DNA from: Capsulimonadaceae bacterium
GTDB taxonomy: Bacteria > Armatimonadota > Armatimonadia > Armatimonadales > Capsulimonadaceae
NCBI GenBank assembly: GCA_965215505.1
Contig: OZ244065.1
Span: forward strand, 5,888,001-5,952,000
Length of the DNA stretch: 64,000 nucleotides
Direction: 5' to 3'
The notes under the pieces are model-generated. The model saw nothing but the letters and a program-made list of their open reading frames with translations, was not told the origin of the DNA and did not search any database. The position numbers and the translations under genes are program-made. Below are positions 50,134 through 58,791 of the stretch, piece by piece; position 1 is the first letter of the stretch, and the number at the start of each line of letters is the position of its first letter.

Positions 50134-52581
50134 GTGACCGTCATCCCTGAAAACCCGCCGGCCGAGAACCCCGCCCCGGAAACGCTGCCCTCCGGGCTGT
50201 CGCGCCTGCAAGTGCGCCGCGCCCTGCGGCTCTGGACCCTGGAGGGCTGCGTCGCCACCGTCCAAGGCTCGCTGACGACGGGCGCGTTCCAGACCGGCTT
50301 CGCCCTGTTCCTGGGGTGCAGCCCGTTCTGGCTGGGCGCGCTGGGCGGCATCCCGGCCCTCGCCGGGCTGGTCCAGCTCCTCTCCTCCTACCTCGCCCAG
50401 CGGTACGGGCAGCGCAAGCCTCTGGTCATGTGGTTCTCGTTCGCCTCGCGCCTGCTCTGGGTGCCGATGCTGCTGATCCCCTTCATCCTGCCGCGCCCGT
50501 GGTGGGTCGGGACGTTCCTGCTGCTCACGCTCCTCGCCGCGCTCCTCGGCAACGTTTCCGCGCCCCTCTGGACGGCCTGGATCACCGACCTCGTCCCGGA
50601 CGACAACCGGGGGCGCTACTTCGGGCGCAAGAACATGTACGGCGGCTGGGTCGGGATGATCGTCCCCATCGCGGGCGGCTACTTCCTCGATGCCGCCTCC
50701 AAGAACCCCACCTGGGGCCAGGCGGCGGCCTTCGCGGTCATCTTCGGGGCGGCGACGCTGTTCGCGGGCGGCTCGCTCGGGCTGGCCTCGCAAAGCCCGG
50801 ACGTGCCGCAGGAGCGTTCGGGGGCCGACGGGGGCGGGGGGTGGGCGGCGGCACTGGACTATTACCGCGCGCCGTTCGCGGACCTGAACTTCCGCCGCGT
50901 GACCGCTTATGTCGCCATGATGGTCGTGGCCCAGTCCATCGCGGGCCAGTTCTTCACGGCCTACCAGATCCAGTACCTCGCCCTGAACTTCACCTCCCTC
51001 CAACTGCTGGCCGCCGCCGCCGCGCTGGCCTCGCTCGGGTCCATGCCGCTGTGGGGCTACCTCTCAGACAAGTACGGCAACAAGCCGATCCTGATCATCT
51101 GCTGCGGACTGGTGCTGATCCCGCCGCTGATGTGGATACCGGCCTACCCCGACGGTCTGGCCGGCCTGTGGGGGCACGACGCGCACGGCCACCTGCGCGT
51201 GTCCCTGACCAAGCTCGACATCATCGCCCTGAACGTCCTGTCCGGCGTCGGGTGGGCAGGGGTCGGCCTGACGCAGTTCAACCTGATCATCGGGGCCTCG
51301 CCCGCCGACAAGCGGACGGTGTATATCAGCGCAATCGCCGCCGTGTCCGGCCTGGCCGGCGGCCTTGCCCCGGTGGCGGGCGGGGCCTTGATGGAGGCGA
51401 TGGCGCACCTGCCCTTCCCGGCGCACGGCCTGATCCGCAGCAACTACCACGTCCTGTTCATCCTGTCGGCGGCACTGCGCGTCGTCGCCCTGTTCCTGGT
51501 CCGCCCGATCCATGAGGCGGGCAGCCGGCAGGCGACCTATGTGCTGAAGCAGCTCAAAGCGTCCAAGCCCGTCGGCTCCTTCGCTGGCATCCAGAAGCTG
51601 TCGCGGGCGGGCAGCTCGCAGGCGCGCATCCAGGCGGTGGAGTCGCTGGGCCGGCTGAAGACGCCGCTGGCGGTGGAAGAATTGGTGCGGACTCTGGACG
51701 ACGTCTCGCTCTCCGTCCGGGAGCAGGCCGCCGTCGCGCTGGGGGAGATCCGGGACCCGCGCGCGACGATGCATTTGGTCCACAAGCTGGCTGACCCGGC
51801 CTCGGGCATCAGCGGGGCGGCGGCGACCGCACTGGGCAAGATCGGGGATCGGGCCGCCCTGCCGGCCCTCGCCGCCGCCGCACAGCTCGGCCCGCCGCCG
51901 CGCCAGCTCGCCGCTTTGGAGGCGCTGGGCCGGCTGTCCGACCCGTCCGTCTCCGACATCCTGGGCGCGCTGATGCGCGACCCGGACGCGGCCGTCCGCA
52001 CGGCGGCCCTGCGCGCCCTGGCGGAGCGCGAGGACCCGGCCAGCCTGCCTGGCCTGATCGCGCAGCTCGGGGCGGAGCAGGAGCCGGCGAACCTCGCTGT
52101 CCTGGCCGACGCCCTGGGCCGGCTTGGCGAGCCGGAAGCCGCCCTGCCGCTGCTCCACGCGCTGGGCCGGAGCGCCTCACCGACCGTGAAGCGGGAGATA
52201 CTCAACGCCGTCGGCAGCCTGGGCGGCGGGCGCGACGCCTTCTACCCTTATCTGGCCCTCGACTCGTATGCGCGGGATGAGACAGTCGGGAAGATCCTGA
52301 TGAACATCCAGCGGCGCTACCGGGCGCGGGCGGCGCAGAAGAAGGAGCCGGGCGCGGCCCGCATCTCGATCCTGGCCAAGCGCGCGCTGGCGGCTTACAC
52401 CCTGGGCGACAACAAGGCATGCCTGGACCGTCTGGCGCGTCTGGCGCGTCTGCTGCCCTCCGACCCGGCCCTGCCCGCCTGCGAGATACTGCTGGCGCTG
52501 GACGCGCGGGACGGAGAGACGCCGTCGGGGGAAGAGGTCTTGCTGGGCGTGTTCCTGGTTCGGCGGTTGACTGGGGGGTAG
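50134..52581 (+). CDS. MFS transporter fused to C-terminal HEAT repeats
   Basis: About 12 TM helices (WGYLSDKYGNK), then VR..AA.ALG.I.D HEAT repeats. Confidence 0.85.
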   Translation: MTVIPENPPAENPAPETLPSGLSRLQVRRALRLWTLEGCVATVQGSLTTGAFQTGFALFLGCSPFWLGALGGIPALAGLVQLLSSYLAQRYGQRKPLVMWFSFASRLLWVPMLLIPFILPRPWWVGTFLLLTLLAALLGNVSAPLWTAWITDLVPDDNRGRYFGRKNMYGGWVGMIVPIAGGYFLDAASKNPTWGQAAAFAVIFGAATLFAGGSLGLASQSPDVPQERSGADGGGGWAAALDYYRAPFADLNFRRVTAYVAMMVVAQSIAGQFFTAYQIQYLALNFTSLQLLAAAAALASLGSMPLWGYLSDKYGNKPILIICCGLVLIPPLMWIPAYPDGLAGLWGHDAHGHLRVSLTKLDIIALNVLSGVGWAGVGLTQFNLIIGASPADKRTVYISAIAAVSGLAGGLAPVAGGALMEAMAHLPFPAHGLIRSNYHVLFILSAALRVVALFLVRPIHEAGSRQATYVLKQLKASKPVGSFAGIQKLSRAGSSQARIQAVESLGRLKTPLAVEELVRTLDDVSLSVREQAAVALGEIRDPRATMHLVHKLADPASGISGAAATALGKIGDRAALPALAAAAQLGPPPRQLAALEALGRLSDPSVSDILGALMRDPDAAVRTAALRALAEREDPASLPGLIAQLGAEQEPANLAVLADALGRLGEPEAALPLLHALGRSASPTVKREILNAVGSLGGGRDAFYPYLALDSYARDETVGKILMNIQRRYRARAAQKKEPGAARISILAKRALAAYTLGDNKACLDRLARLARLLPSDPALPACEILLALDARDGETPSGEEVLLGVFLVRRLTGG

Positions 52582-52585
52582 GTTC

Positions 52586-55500
52586 CTATTGCAGCGGGTC
52601 GAACAGCGGCACGATGACGGTGCGCGGCTTGCCGATGGTGGACTGGACGAGCAGTGTGTGACTCTGCTTTCCGGCCGAAGGCAACAGCAGCTTTCGCGCG
52701 GCGGTCAGGCCCAAGCCCGCCGTTTTGTGGCCGTCAATCTCCAGCACTTCGTCGAACGTGTTGAGGGCGGCGCGGACAACGGGGTCGCGCGCCTGCACCT
52801 CGGCGAGTATGACGTGACCGTGGCCCTGCGGGTCCTTCGTTTCCATCAACGTCAGGCCCGTCGTCTTGGTGACAAAGGGGGCGCGGGTGGCCGAGGTGGG
52901 TGCGAAGAAGACGCGGGAGTGCGGGTAGTCGAAGGTGACGACGAACCGGGACAGCAGGGACACGCCGAGCGACCCGGCGTTGATGAGGGACGCGCCGCCC
53001 TTGGGGTCGAGGGAAAAATCGGTGGGCACGCCGCGCAGGGTGACGCCCGCGACTCGGAGGGACCCGGTGCGCGTGACGCGGGAGCGCGAGACGCCGCCGA
53101 TGCCGCCGCCGGTCGTCAGGAGGCCGTGCGGGTACTTCTTGTCCAAGCCATATTGGGCGACGAAGGGGCTGTAGAGCCGCAGGGCGGCTTCATCGCCGGT
53201 GTCAATGAGGAACCTCTGGGGCGGCAGGGCGTCGAACTGGGCGACGACGGAGGGAACGTCATTGTCCAGTTCGAGAGGAAGGGCGACGCCGTCCGAGGCA
53301 GTCGGGTGGAAGGCGTCGGGCCGCAGGAAGGTCAGCTTCTTGCGCGCGAAGTCCAGGCGGACGACGAAATGGGAGAGCAGGTCGTAGCCGACGAAGCCGG
53401 AGATCGGGCGGGTGAAGTAGGAGTTCAGGGTGTCCGGCAGGTCAATCGCGATCGCCGTCACATCGGTGAGCTGGACCGCGCCCGGCACCTCCACGCGGCT
53501 GACGAGGACCGGGTGCAGGTCGGTCGAGCCGCCGTAGCCGCGCGCCTCCAGGAAGCCGCTGCTTTTCAGCCCCAGACGAGTCGCCGTCTGCTGGGAGAGG
53601 GCGATGCCGCTGGCCCCGCTGTCCAGGAAGACGCGGCTGGGCTGCCCGTTGAGCCGCAGGTCGAGTCCGATCTCGCCGTCGTCGGTGTCGAAGGGGACCG
53701 TCGCGGATGTCTGGCCGGGCCTAATGAAGCGGAACTTGTCGCCGCCGGTCGGCGGCGCGAACAGGTCCGGCGGCAGCGTGATGTTGTTCTGGAGCCGGGT
53801 GACTTTCCCGACGATGTCGTAGCGTGCGGTGCCGTTCGTCGTCGTCATGCTGAAGGGAAAGCGCGCCCCGTCCACGGCCCGGTAGTCGCCGTAGCCGGTC
53901 GTCACCAGGATGTTGTCGTCGAGGTGCTGCTCCCGGACGATCAGGAACGTGTGCGGGTCGAAGAAGAGCGTGCTGGGCTTGCCGCCGTCGGGCAGGGCGT
54001 CCACGACCCAGTCGCCCGTTTCGGGGTCCGGCTGGGGGCGCAGGGTCAGCCGGCCGGGGATGCGGCCGGGCAGGACATAGGAATTGGTGTCGAAGAAGAG
54101 CTGGACGCGCAGGTCCTTCAGCTCTTCGCCCGCCAGCGGGCGGACGTTGCCGTTGGTGTCGCGCTGCCAGGCGCTCTTGCCGTCGTAGCCCTGGGTGATA
54201 TCCAGAATCCCGAGCTTGTCCTCCTCGTACTCCCGGTCGGGTGCGGCGTAGATGGTCGTGATCGTCCCCTGGATGCCGCCCGTCGAGACGCTGGAAACGA
54301 CCTTGGTGTTCTTGAGGGCCATGATGACGTCCGCGCCGCCTAGGGCGGTCAGGTGCTTCTGCATCAGCATCGCCAGCGTCATCGGCGGGTCTGTCGGCAC
54401 GGGCGGGGTCATCACGTCCGCCACCAGGGAGAAGTGTGCGCCCCCCGCCCGCGTTCGCAGGGCGCTCGGCAAGGCGGGCGGCACGAGCGGCGCGGGGGCG
54501 GGGGGCGGGGGCGGGCCGGCCGTGAGCTGCATCCGGCTGTGCGCGTAGTCGAACGTCACCTGGAAGCGGTTCAGTACCTGGTTGCCGATCCCGCCGGCGT
54601 TCGTGGAGACGCGGGCGATCCCCGGCCCGGTCAGTGTCGCCACGTCCAGGCCGCTGAACTTCAGGGTCCCGACGCCCATCGTGTGCCCCGGCGTGATCGT
54701 CTCTTGGACCACCCCGCCCACCCCACTGCCGGAGAGAATCCGGGCGCGCGGGTCGTTCGGGCGCGGCAGCAGGCCGTTCGCCTGGGCGTAGTCTCCGTAC
54801 AGGTGGACGCCGCCCGCGTCGCCCGTATCAACCAGGAACCGGGCGGGCGGGTGGCCGTCCACGGAGGCGAGGATCGTCGGCACCCGCCCCTCCAGCTTGA
54901 GCGGGACCGTGACGCCCGCCCCGTCGGGGACGCGCGGCGCGGCGGGGTCGGTCAGGGTGACGGTCTTCTGGGCATAGTCGATCCGCGTGACGAAGCGGGA
55001 AAGCAGCTCGTAGCCGATGCCGCCGTCCACGCGGCCCTGCGCGCTGAGGCGCTTGCCGACATTCGGGTCCTTGATGACGTGCAGGAGCTGGCCGGACAGG
55101 CGGACCGCGCCGCCGAGTTCGAGCGTCGCCTGCGTCGCGATCCCGGTGTCCGAGGAGCCGCCGTACCCGAGGGTGGGCAGGTTGCCCTGCGTGTTCAGCC
55201 CCGCCTCCTGGGCGGCCTGGGCGGTGATGAACGCCCCGCCCGCCCCGCTGTCCAGCAGGAAGCGGAGGGGGTGGCCATTGACCGAGACGAAGACGATGAC
55301 CTCGTTCTCGTCGGTCACGAAAGGGAACGCGGCCTGGGTGGTGGCACCGGGCGTCAGGAACTGCCAGTCTCGCGCCGGCCTCGGCAGCACGAACAGCGAA
55401 GCGACGAGCGTCGCCCGCGTCGCCTGGGTCAGCGCGGCATCAATGGTCAGCGGCAGCCCCGCCGGCTGGATCTGGAGGTGGCTGGGCGTCTGCAACCCGA

Positions 55501-56110
55501 ACAGCGGCTTGTAGGTCAGGATGCTGATCGTCGTGCTGATCCCGCCCTTCCGCACGACCGACTTGCGGATGAGGTACGTCTTCGGGTCCAAATAGATCGT
55601 CTGCTTGGTCCCGCCCTTCGGCAAGACGTCCAGCACATAACACCCCGTCTCGACGTCGCGCCCCGGCCGGAGCGTGATAGTGCCACTGCCGCCTTTGGAG
55701 GTGTGCTTGAGTGGGTCCACGCTTTCGAGCGAGAAGCCGTTGTCGGCCTTGTTCTCGGCCAGCTCCTCGCCGCCCAGGATGCGGACGTTGCCGTTGCCGT
55801 CCTGCTCCCAGGTCGTCTTGCCGTCGCTGCCGGACGTGTTGGAGATCGGCCCCAGCCGGACCTCCGTGCGGCTGCGGTGCTTTGACGCCTCGTAGGTCGT
55901 CATCGTGCCGCTCAGGCCGCCCGCGCTCATCGTGTAGACAGTTTCCTGCATCCCCGTGTCCGGGAAAGCGGTCGGCGAGCCGGTGGCCCGCTGGTGCCGC
56001 GCCAGCACCTCGTTGAGTGTCAGCGCGGCGGGCGGCAGGGCGGCGGCGGGGAGGAGCAGGCAGAGGAGGGACGCGCACAGGAGGGTGCGCTGGAAAAGGG
56101 TGTAGTTCAC
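52586..56110 (-). CDS. Secreted, internally duplicated retropepsin-like aspartyl protease with PDZ-like tail
   Basis: Four catalytic-type motifs (LLDSGA, LVDTGD, FLDSGA, LIDTGD) in two repeated modules; signal peptide. Confidence 0.85.
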   Translation of the reverse strand: MNYTLFQRTLLCASLLCLLLPAAALPPAALTLNEVLARHQRATGSPTAFPDTGMQETVYTMSAGGLSGTMTTYEASKHRSRTEVRLGPISNTSGSDGKTTWEQDGNGNVRILGGEELAENKADNGFSLESVDPLKHTSKGGSGTITLRPGRDVETGCYVLDVLPKGGTKQTIYLDPKTYLIRKSVVRKGGISTTISILTYKPLFGLQTPSHLQIQPAGLPLTIDAALTQATRATLVASLFVLPRPARDWQFLTPGATTQAAFPFVTDENEVIVFVSVNGHPLRFLLDSGAGGAFITAQAAQEAGLNTQGNLPTLGYGGSSDTGIATQATLELGGAVRLSGQLLHVIKDPNVGKRLSAQGRVDGGIGYELLSRFVTRIDYAQKTVTLTDPAAPRVPDGAGVTVPLKLEGRVPTILASVDGHPPARFLVDTGDAGGVHLYGDYAQANGLLPRPNDPRARILSGSGVGGVVQETITPGHTMGVGTLKFSGLDVATLTGPGIARVSTNAGGIGNQVLNRFQVTFDYAHSRMQLTAGPPPPPAPAPLVPPALPSALRTRAGGAHFSLVADVMTPPVPTDPPMTLAMLMQKHLTALGGADVIMALKNTKVVSSVSTGGIQGTITTIYAAPDREYEEDKLGILDITQGYDGKSAWQRDTNGNVRPLAGEELKDLRVQLFFDTNSYVLPGRIPGRLTLRPQPDPETGDWVVDALPDGGKPSTLFFDPHTFLIVREQHLDDNILVTTGYGDYRAVDGARFPFSMTTTNGTARYDIVGKVTRLQNNITLPPDLFAPPTGGDKFRFIRPGQTSATVPFDTDDGEIGLDLRLNGQPSRVFLDSGASGIALSQQTATRLGLKSSGFLEARGYGGSTDLHPVLVSRVEVPGAVQLTDVTAIAIDLPDTLNSYFTRPISGFVGYDLLSHFVVRLDFARKKLTFLRPDAFHPTASDGVALPLELDNDVPSVVAQFDALPPQRFLIDTGDEAALRLYSPFVAQYGLDKKYPHGLLTTGGGIGGVSRSRVTRTGSLRVAGVTLRGVPTDFSLDPKGGASLINAGSLGVSLLSRFVVTFDYPHSRVFFAPTSATRAPFVTKTTGLTLMETKDPQGHGHVILAEVQARDPVVRAALNTFDEVLEIDGHKTAGLGLTAARKLLLPSAGKQSHTLLVQSTIGKPRTVIVPLFDPLQ

Positions 56111-56152
56111 CCCGTTAGTTTACCGCATTCCGCGCCGATTTTTGGTCAGCCC

Positions 56153-56182
56153 TTGACAATCCCCGAAACCGTGTGCTATTAT
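56153..56182 (+). promoter_or_regulatory. Sigma70 promoter of the RNA-repair operon
   Basis: TTGACA (56153)-N18-TATTAT (56177), with extended -10 TG. Confidence 0.7.
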
Positions 56183-56195
56183 CTCGCCCGGACCC

Positions 56196-56417
56196 ATGAC
56201 TTCACGAAACCATAACCTGCTCGCGGCGACCCCCGGCATCCAGACACCCTCGTTCTGGTCGCCCCTCGCCGCGTCACGCCTGGCCGACGGTTTCGGTACG
56301 GGCGCGGCGGGCTGTTTCGCGCCCTCCGCCGCCTATCAGCCCGGCCAAGCCATAACCCCAGATTATCCCGCGCCGCCGGTTGCGCCTGCCTCATGTCACC
56401 AGGAGAGACATCCTTAG
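56196..56417 (+). CDS. Putative leader peptide (73 aa)
   Basis: ATG a few nt after the predicted TSS; rich in codons unusual for this GC-rich DNA (ATA, TAT x2, AGA, CGA, TCA); ends 35 nt before a terminator. Confidence 0.4.
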   Translation: MTSRNHNLLAATPGIQTPSFWSPLAASRLADGFGTGAAGCFAPSAAYQPGQAITPDYPAPPVAPASCHQERHP

Positions 56418-56452
56418 TTTTTCCTCCCCCAACGACATTCAGCAGAGCAATC

Positions 56453-56486
56453 GGCCCCCGGCGCAAAGCCAGGGGCCTTTTTCTTT
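56453..56486 (+). terminator. Intrinsic terminator in the operon leader (putative attenuator)
   Basis: GGCCCC-C-GGC-GCAAA-GCC-A-GGGGCC followed by TTTTTCTTT. Confidence 0.7.
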
Positions 56487-56531
56487 GCCTCTTCGCGTCA
56501 CGGCGAAAGCCACAAAAGCAAGACAGAACAT

Positions 56532-56616
56532 CGGTTGGAGGCAGATACGGTTTGCTGCTCTGGTCTGTAAAACCAGTTCCCGTTGTGGAGTGTGGGTTCG
56601 AATCCCACCCAACCGA
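56532..56616 (+). tRNA. Atypical tRNA-Tyr(GUA) or tRNA-like RNA
   Basis: Acceptor CGGTTGG/CCAACCG, D-stem GCAG/CTGC, anticodon arm CTGGT-CTGTAAA-ACCAG, long variable arm, T-arm GTGGG-TTCGAAT-CCCAC, A73; no encoded CCA. Confidence 0.85.
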
Positions 56617-56649
56617 CTTGACCGACCATTCCGAAGGGAGGCGACGCGA

Positions 56650-57756
56650 ATGAGCGAACTGGAAGTACAGCGATTTTTACGCGGCGGCGGGACGCTCGCA
56701 GATCTGACGGCCACCTACGGCATCAAGGCGAAAGCCGATGTCGATCTCGGCGTCGTCATGCTGAACTACAACCAGATCGCCTCGCCGATGGCCGAAATGA
56801 TCTGCCAGGAGTGCCGCGCCCTGCTGCTCGAAATGGGCACCTGGGACGTGGTTTCGCGGAGCTTCTTCAAGTTCTTCAATCTGGGGGAGCCGAACGCCCA
56901 CGAGGTTGATTGGAAGACGGCGCGGGTGCAGGAAAAGCTGGACGGCAGCCTGGTCTGCCTCTACTTCCACCGAGGGCAGTGGCGGGTCGCGACGAAGGGA
57001 ACGCCGGACGCCTCCGGGCCGGTGAACAGCCACCCGATCACCTTCGCGGACCTGGTCAAGCAGACGCTGGCCGAGATGGGAAGCTCGTTCGAGGGCCTGA
57101 CGGCACATCTCGACCCGGCGGTCTTCTACTCCTTCGAGCTGACCGCGCCTGAGAACCGCATCATCGTCCCCTATGAAGACCGCCGCCTGACCTGGCTGGC
57201 GGCGTGGGATGCGCGGACCTTGGAAGAGCTGGACATTGAGGCGCTGCCCGACCTGCCCACCCCGCGCGTCCGGGAGTACCCGCTGCGGACTCTGGACGAG
57301 GTGATGACGGCGGTGGGGGCCATCGCGCCGTTCGCCGCCGAGGGCTTCATCGTGCGGGACGCGGCCCACCGGCGCGTCAAGATCAAGAGCGCGTCCTACC
57401 TGATGGTGGACCGCATCCTGAGTGCCCTCAGCACGCCCCGCCGCAAGGTGGAAGCGGTGCTGTCCGCGCAGTTCGACGACATGGTGCCGCAGCTCCCGCC
57501 CCAAGTGCGGGACGAGATGCTGTCGCTCCAGGCACATCTGGTGGCGTTCCGCCGGGAGGTGGCGGAGACGTTCGAGGCGCTTGCCGGGATCGAGGACCGG
57601 CGCGGGTTCGCGGCGGAGGCCTTGCGCCACCCGTTCTCGCCGATGCTGTTCTGGCTGCGGGACGGCAACGACATGGATGAGTGCTTCAGGCGGCTCCACC
57701 CGGACCGCCTGGTGGAATGGCTGGCGGTCGCGCCCGCCGGGGCGGAGGAGGAATAG
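56650..57756 (+). CDS. T4 Rnl1-like ATP-dependent RNA ligase
   Basis: ECRALLL, SFFKFFNLGE, motif I EKLDGSL, FELT, EGFIVRD, RVKIKS; RBS GGAGG before ATG 56650. Confidence 0.85.
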   Translation: MSELEVQRFLRGGGTLADLTATYGIKAKADVDLGVVMLNYNQIASPMAEMICQECRALLLEMGTWDVVSRSFFKFFNLGEPNAHEVDWKTARVQEKLDGSLVCLYFHRGQWRVATKGTPDASGPVNSHPITFADLVKQTLAEMGSSFEGLTAHLDPAVFYSFELTAPENRIIVPYEDRRLTWLAAWDARTLEELDIEALPDLPTPRVREYPLRTLDEVMTAVGAIAPFAAEGFIVRDAAHRRVKIKSASYLMVDRILSALSTPRRKVEAVLSAQFDDMVPQLPPQVRDEMLSLQAHLVAFRREVAETFEALAGIEDRRGFAAEALRHPFSPMLFWLRDGNDMDECFRRLHPDRLVEWLAVAPAGAEEE

Positions 57757-57759
57757 GAA

Positions 57760-58770
57760 ATGTCTACGCTTATCGTGGAGGTCTGCAAAATCGAAAAAGT
57801 GCTGGCGCATGACAACGCGGACGCGCTGGATCTGGCTCAAATCAAGGGCTGGCAGTGCGTCATCCCGAAGGGGAAGTACGCGCCGGGCGACCTGGTGACC
57901 TACATCCCCATTGATGCGGTCATCCCGGCCGAGCATTCGGACCGCTGGGGCATCACCAAGTACCTGTCCAACGGGCGGGTCCGGTGCGCGCGCCTGCGCG
58001 GCGAGCCGAGCTTCGGCGTCATCGTGGACCGCGACAATAAAGAATGGCCGGAGGGTAGGGACATCCAGGACTTCTACGGCATCACCAAGTACGTCCCGCC
58101 GGTCAAGATCAGCGCGGGCGACGCCGCCCCGTCCCACCCGCTGTTCGTCGAGTACACGGACGTCGAGAACCTGCGGAACTTCCCCGCCGTCTTCACGGAA
58201 GGCGAGGAGGTGTCGGTGTCGGAGAAGATTCATGGGACATCATGCCGGTTGGGGCTGGTCGAGGGCGAGTGGATGGCCGGCTCCATGTCGGTGCGCCGAC
58301 GCCGGCCCGAGGAGCTGTCGGGGAGCATCTACTGGCAGCCGATGGCCCTGCCGGATGTCGAGGCCCTGCTGAGTCACCTGGGCGCCTCGCACCGGCAGGT
58401 GATCCTGTACGGCGAGGTCTTCGGCAGCAAGGTCCAGAGCCTGGCCTATGGTCAGACCGGGGCGACCGGCTTCCGCGCCTTCGACCTACTGGCCGACGGC
58501 AAGTACCTGGACGCAGACGACTTCGCGGCCTTGTGCGCGCGGTTCGAGGTACTCGCCGTCCCCGTCCTGTACCGGGGGCCGTACAGCCTGGAGACAGTCA
58601 AGGCGCTGTCCGAGGGCGCGACGACCTTGGGCGCGGACCACATCCGCGAGGGCGTCGTCGTCCGCCCGGTGCGGGAGCGCAATGACCCGAAGGTGGGCCG
58701 GGTCTGCCTGAAATACATCGGCGACCCGTACCTGTTCGCCAAGAACGTCACGGACAGCCACGACGTTTGA
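57760..58770 (+). CDS. DRB0094/Rnl5-family ATP-dependent RNA ligase
   Basis: N-terminal OB module (H.NAD.L.LA.I.GWQCV...GDLV.YIP.D), motif I EKIHGT, YGEVFG, FRAFDL, REGVVV, LKYI. Confidence 0.88.
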   Translation: MSTLIVEVCKIEKVLAHDNADALDLAQIKGWQCVIPKGKYAPGDLVTYIPIDAVIPAEHSDRWGITKYLSNGRVRCARLRGEPSFGVIVDRDNKEWPEGRDIQDFYGITKYVPPVKISAGDAAPSHPLFVEYTDVENLRNFPAVFTEGEEVSVSEKIHGTSCRLGLVEGEWMAGSMSVRRRRPEELSGSIYWQPMALPDVEALLSHLGASHRQVILYGEVFGSKVQSLAYGQTGATGFRAFDLLADGKYLDADDFAALCARFEVLAVPVLYRGPYSLETVKALSEGATTLGADHIREGVVVRPVRERNDPKVGRVCLKYIGDPYLFAKNVTDSHDV

Positions 58771-58791
58771 CATTTCGAGAAAGGGAAAAAC

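Noticed and set aside
56380-56649. N-terminal 90 aa of ORF 56380-57756
   Set aside because: It overlaps the terminator and the tRNA; the likely start is ATG 56650 with a GGAGG RBS.
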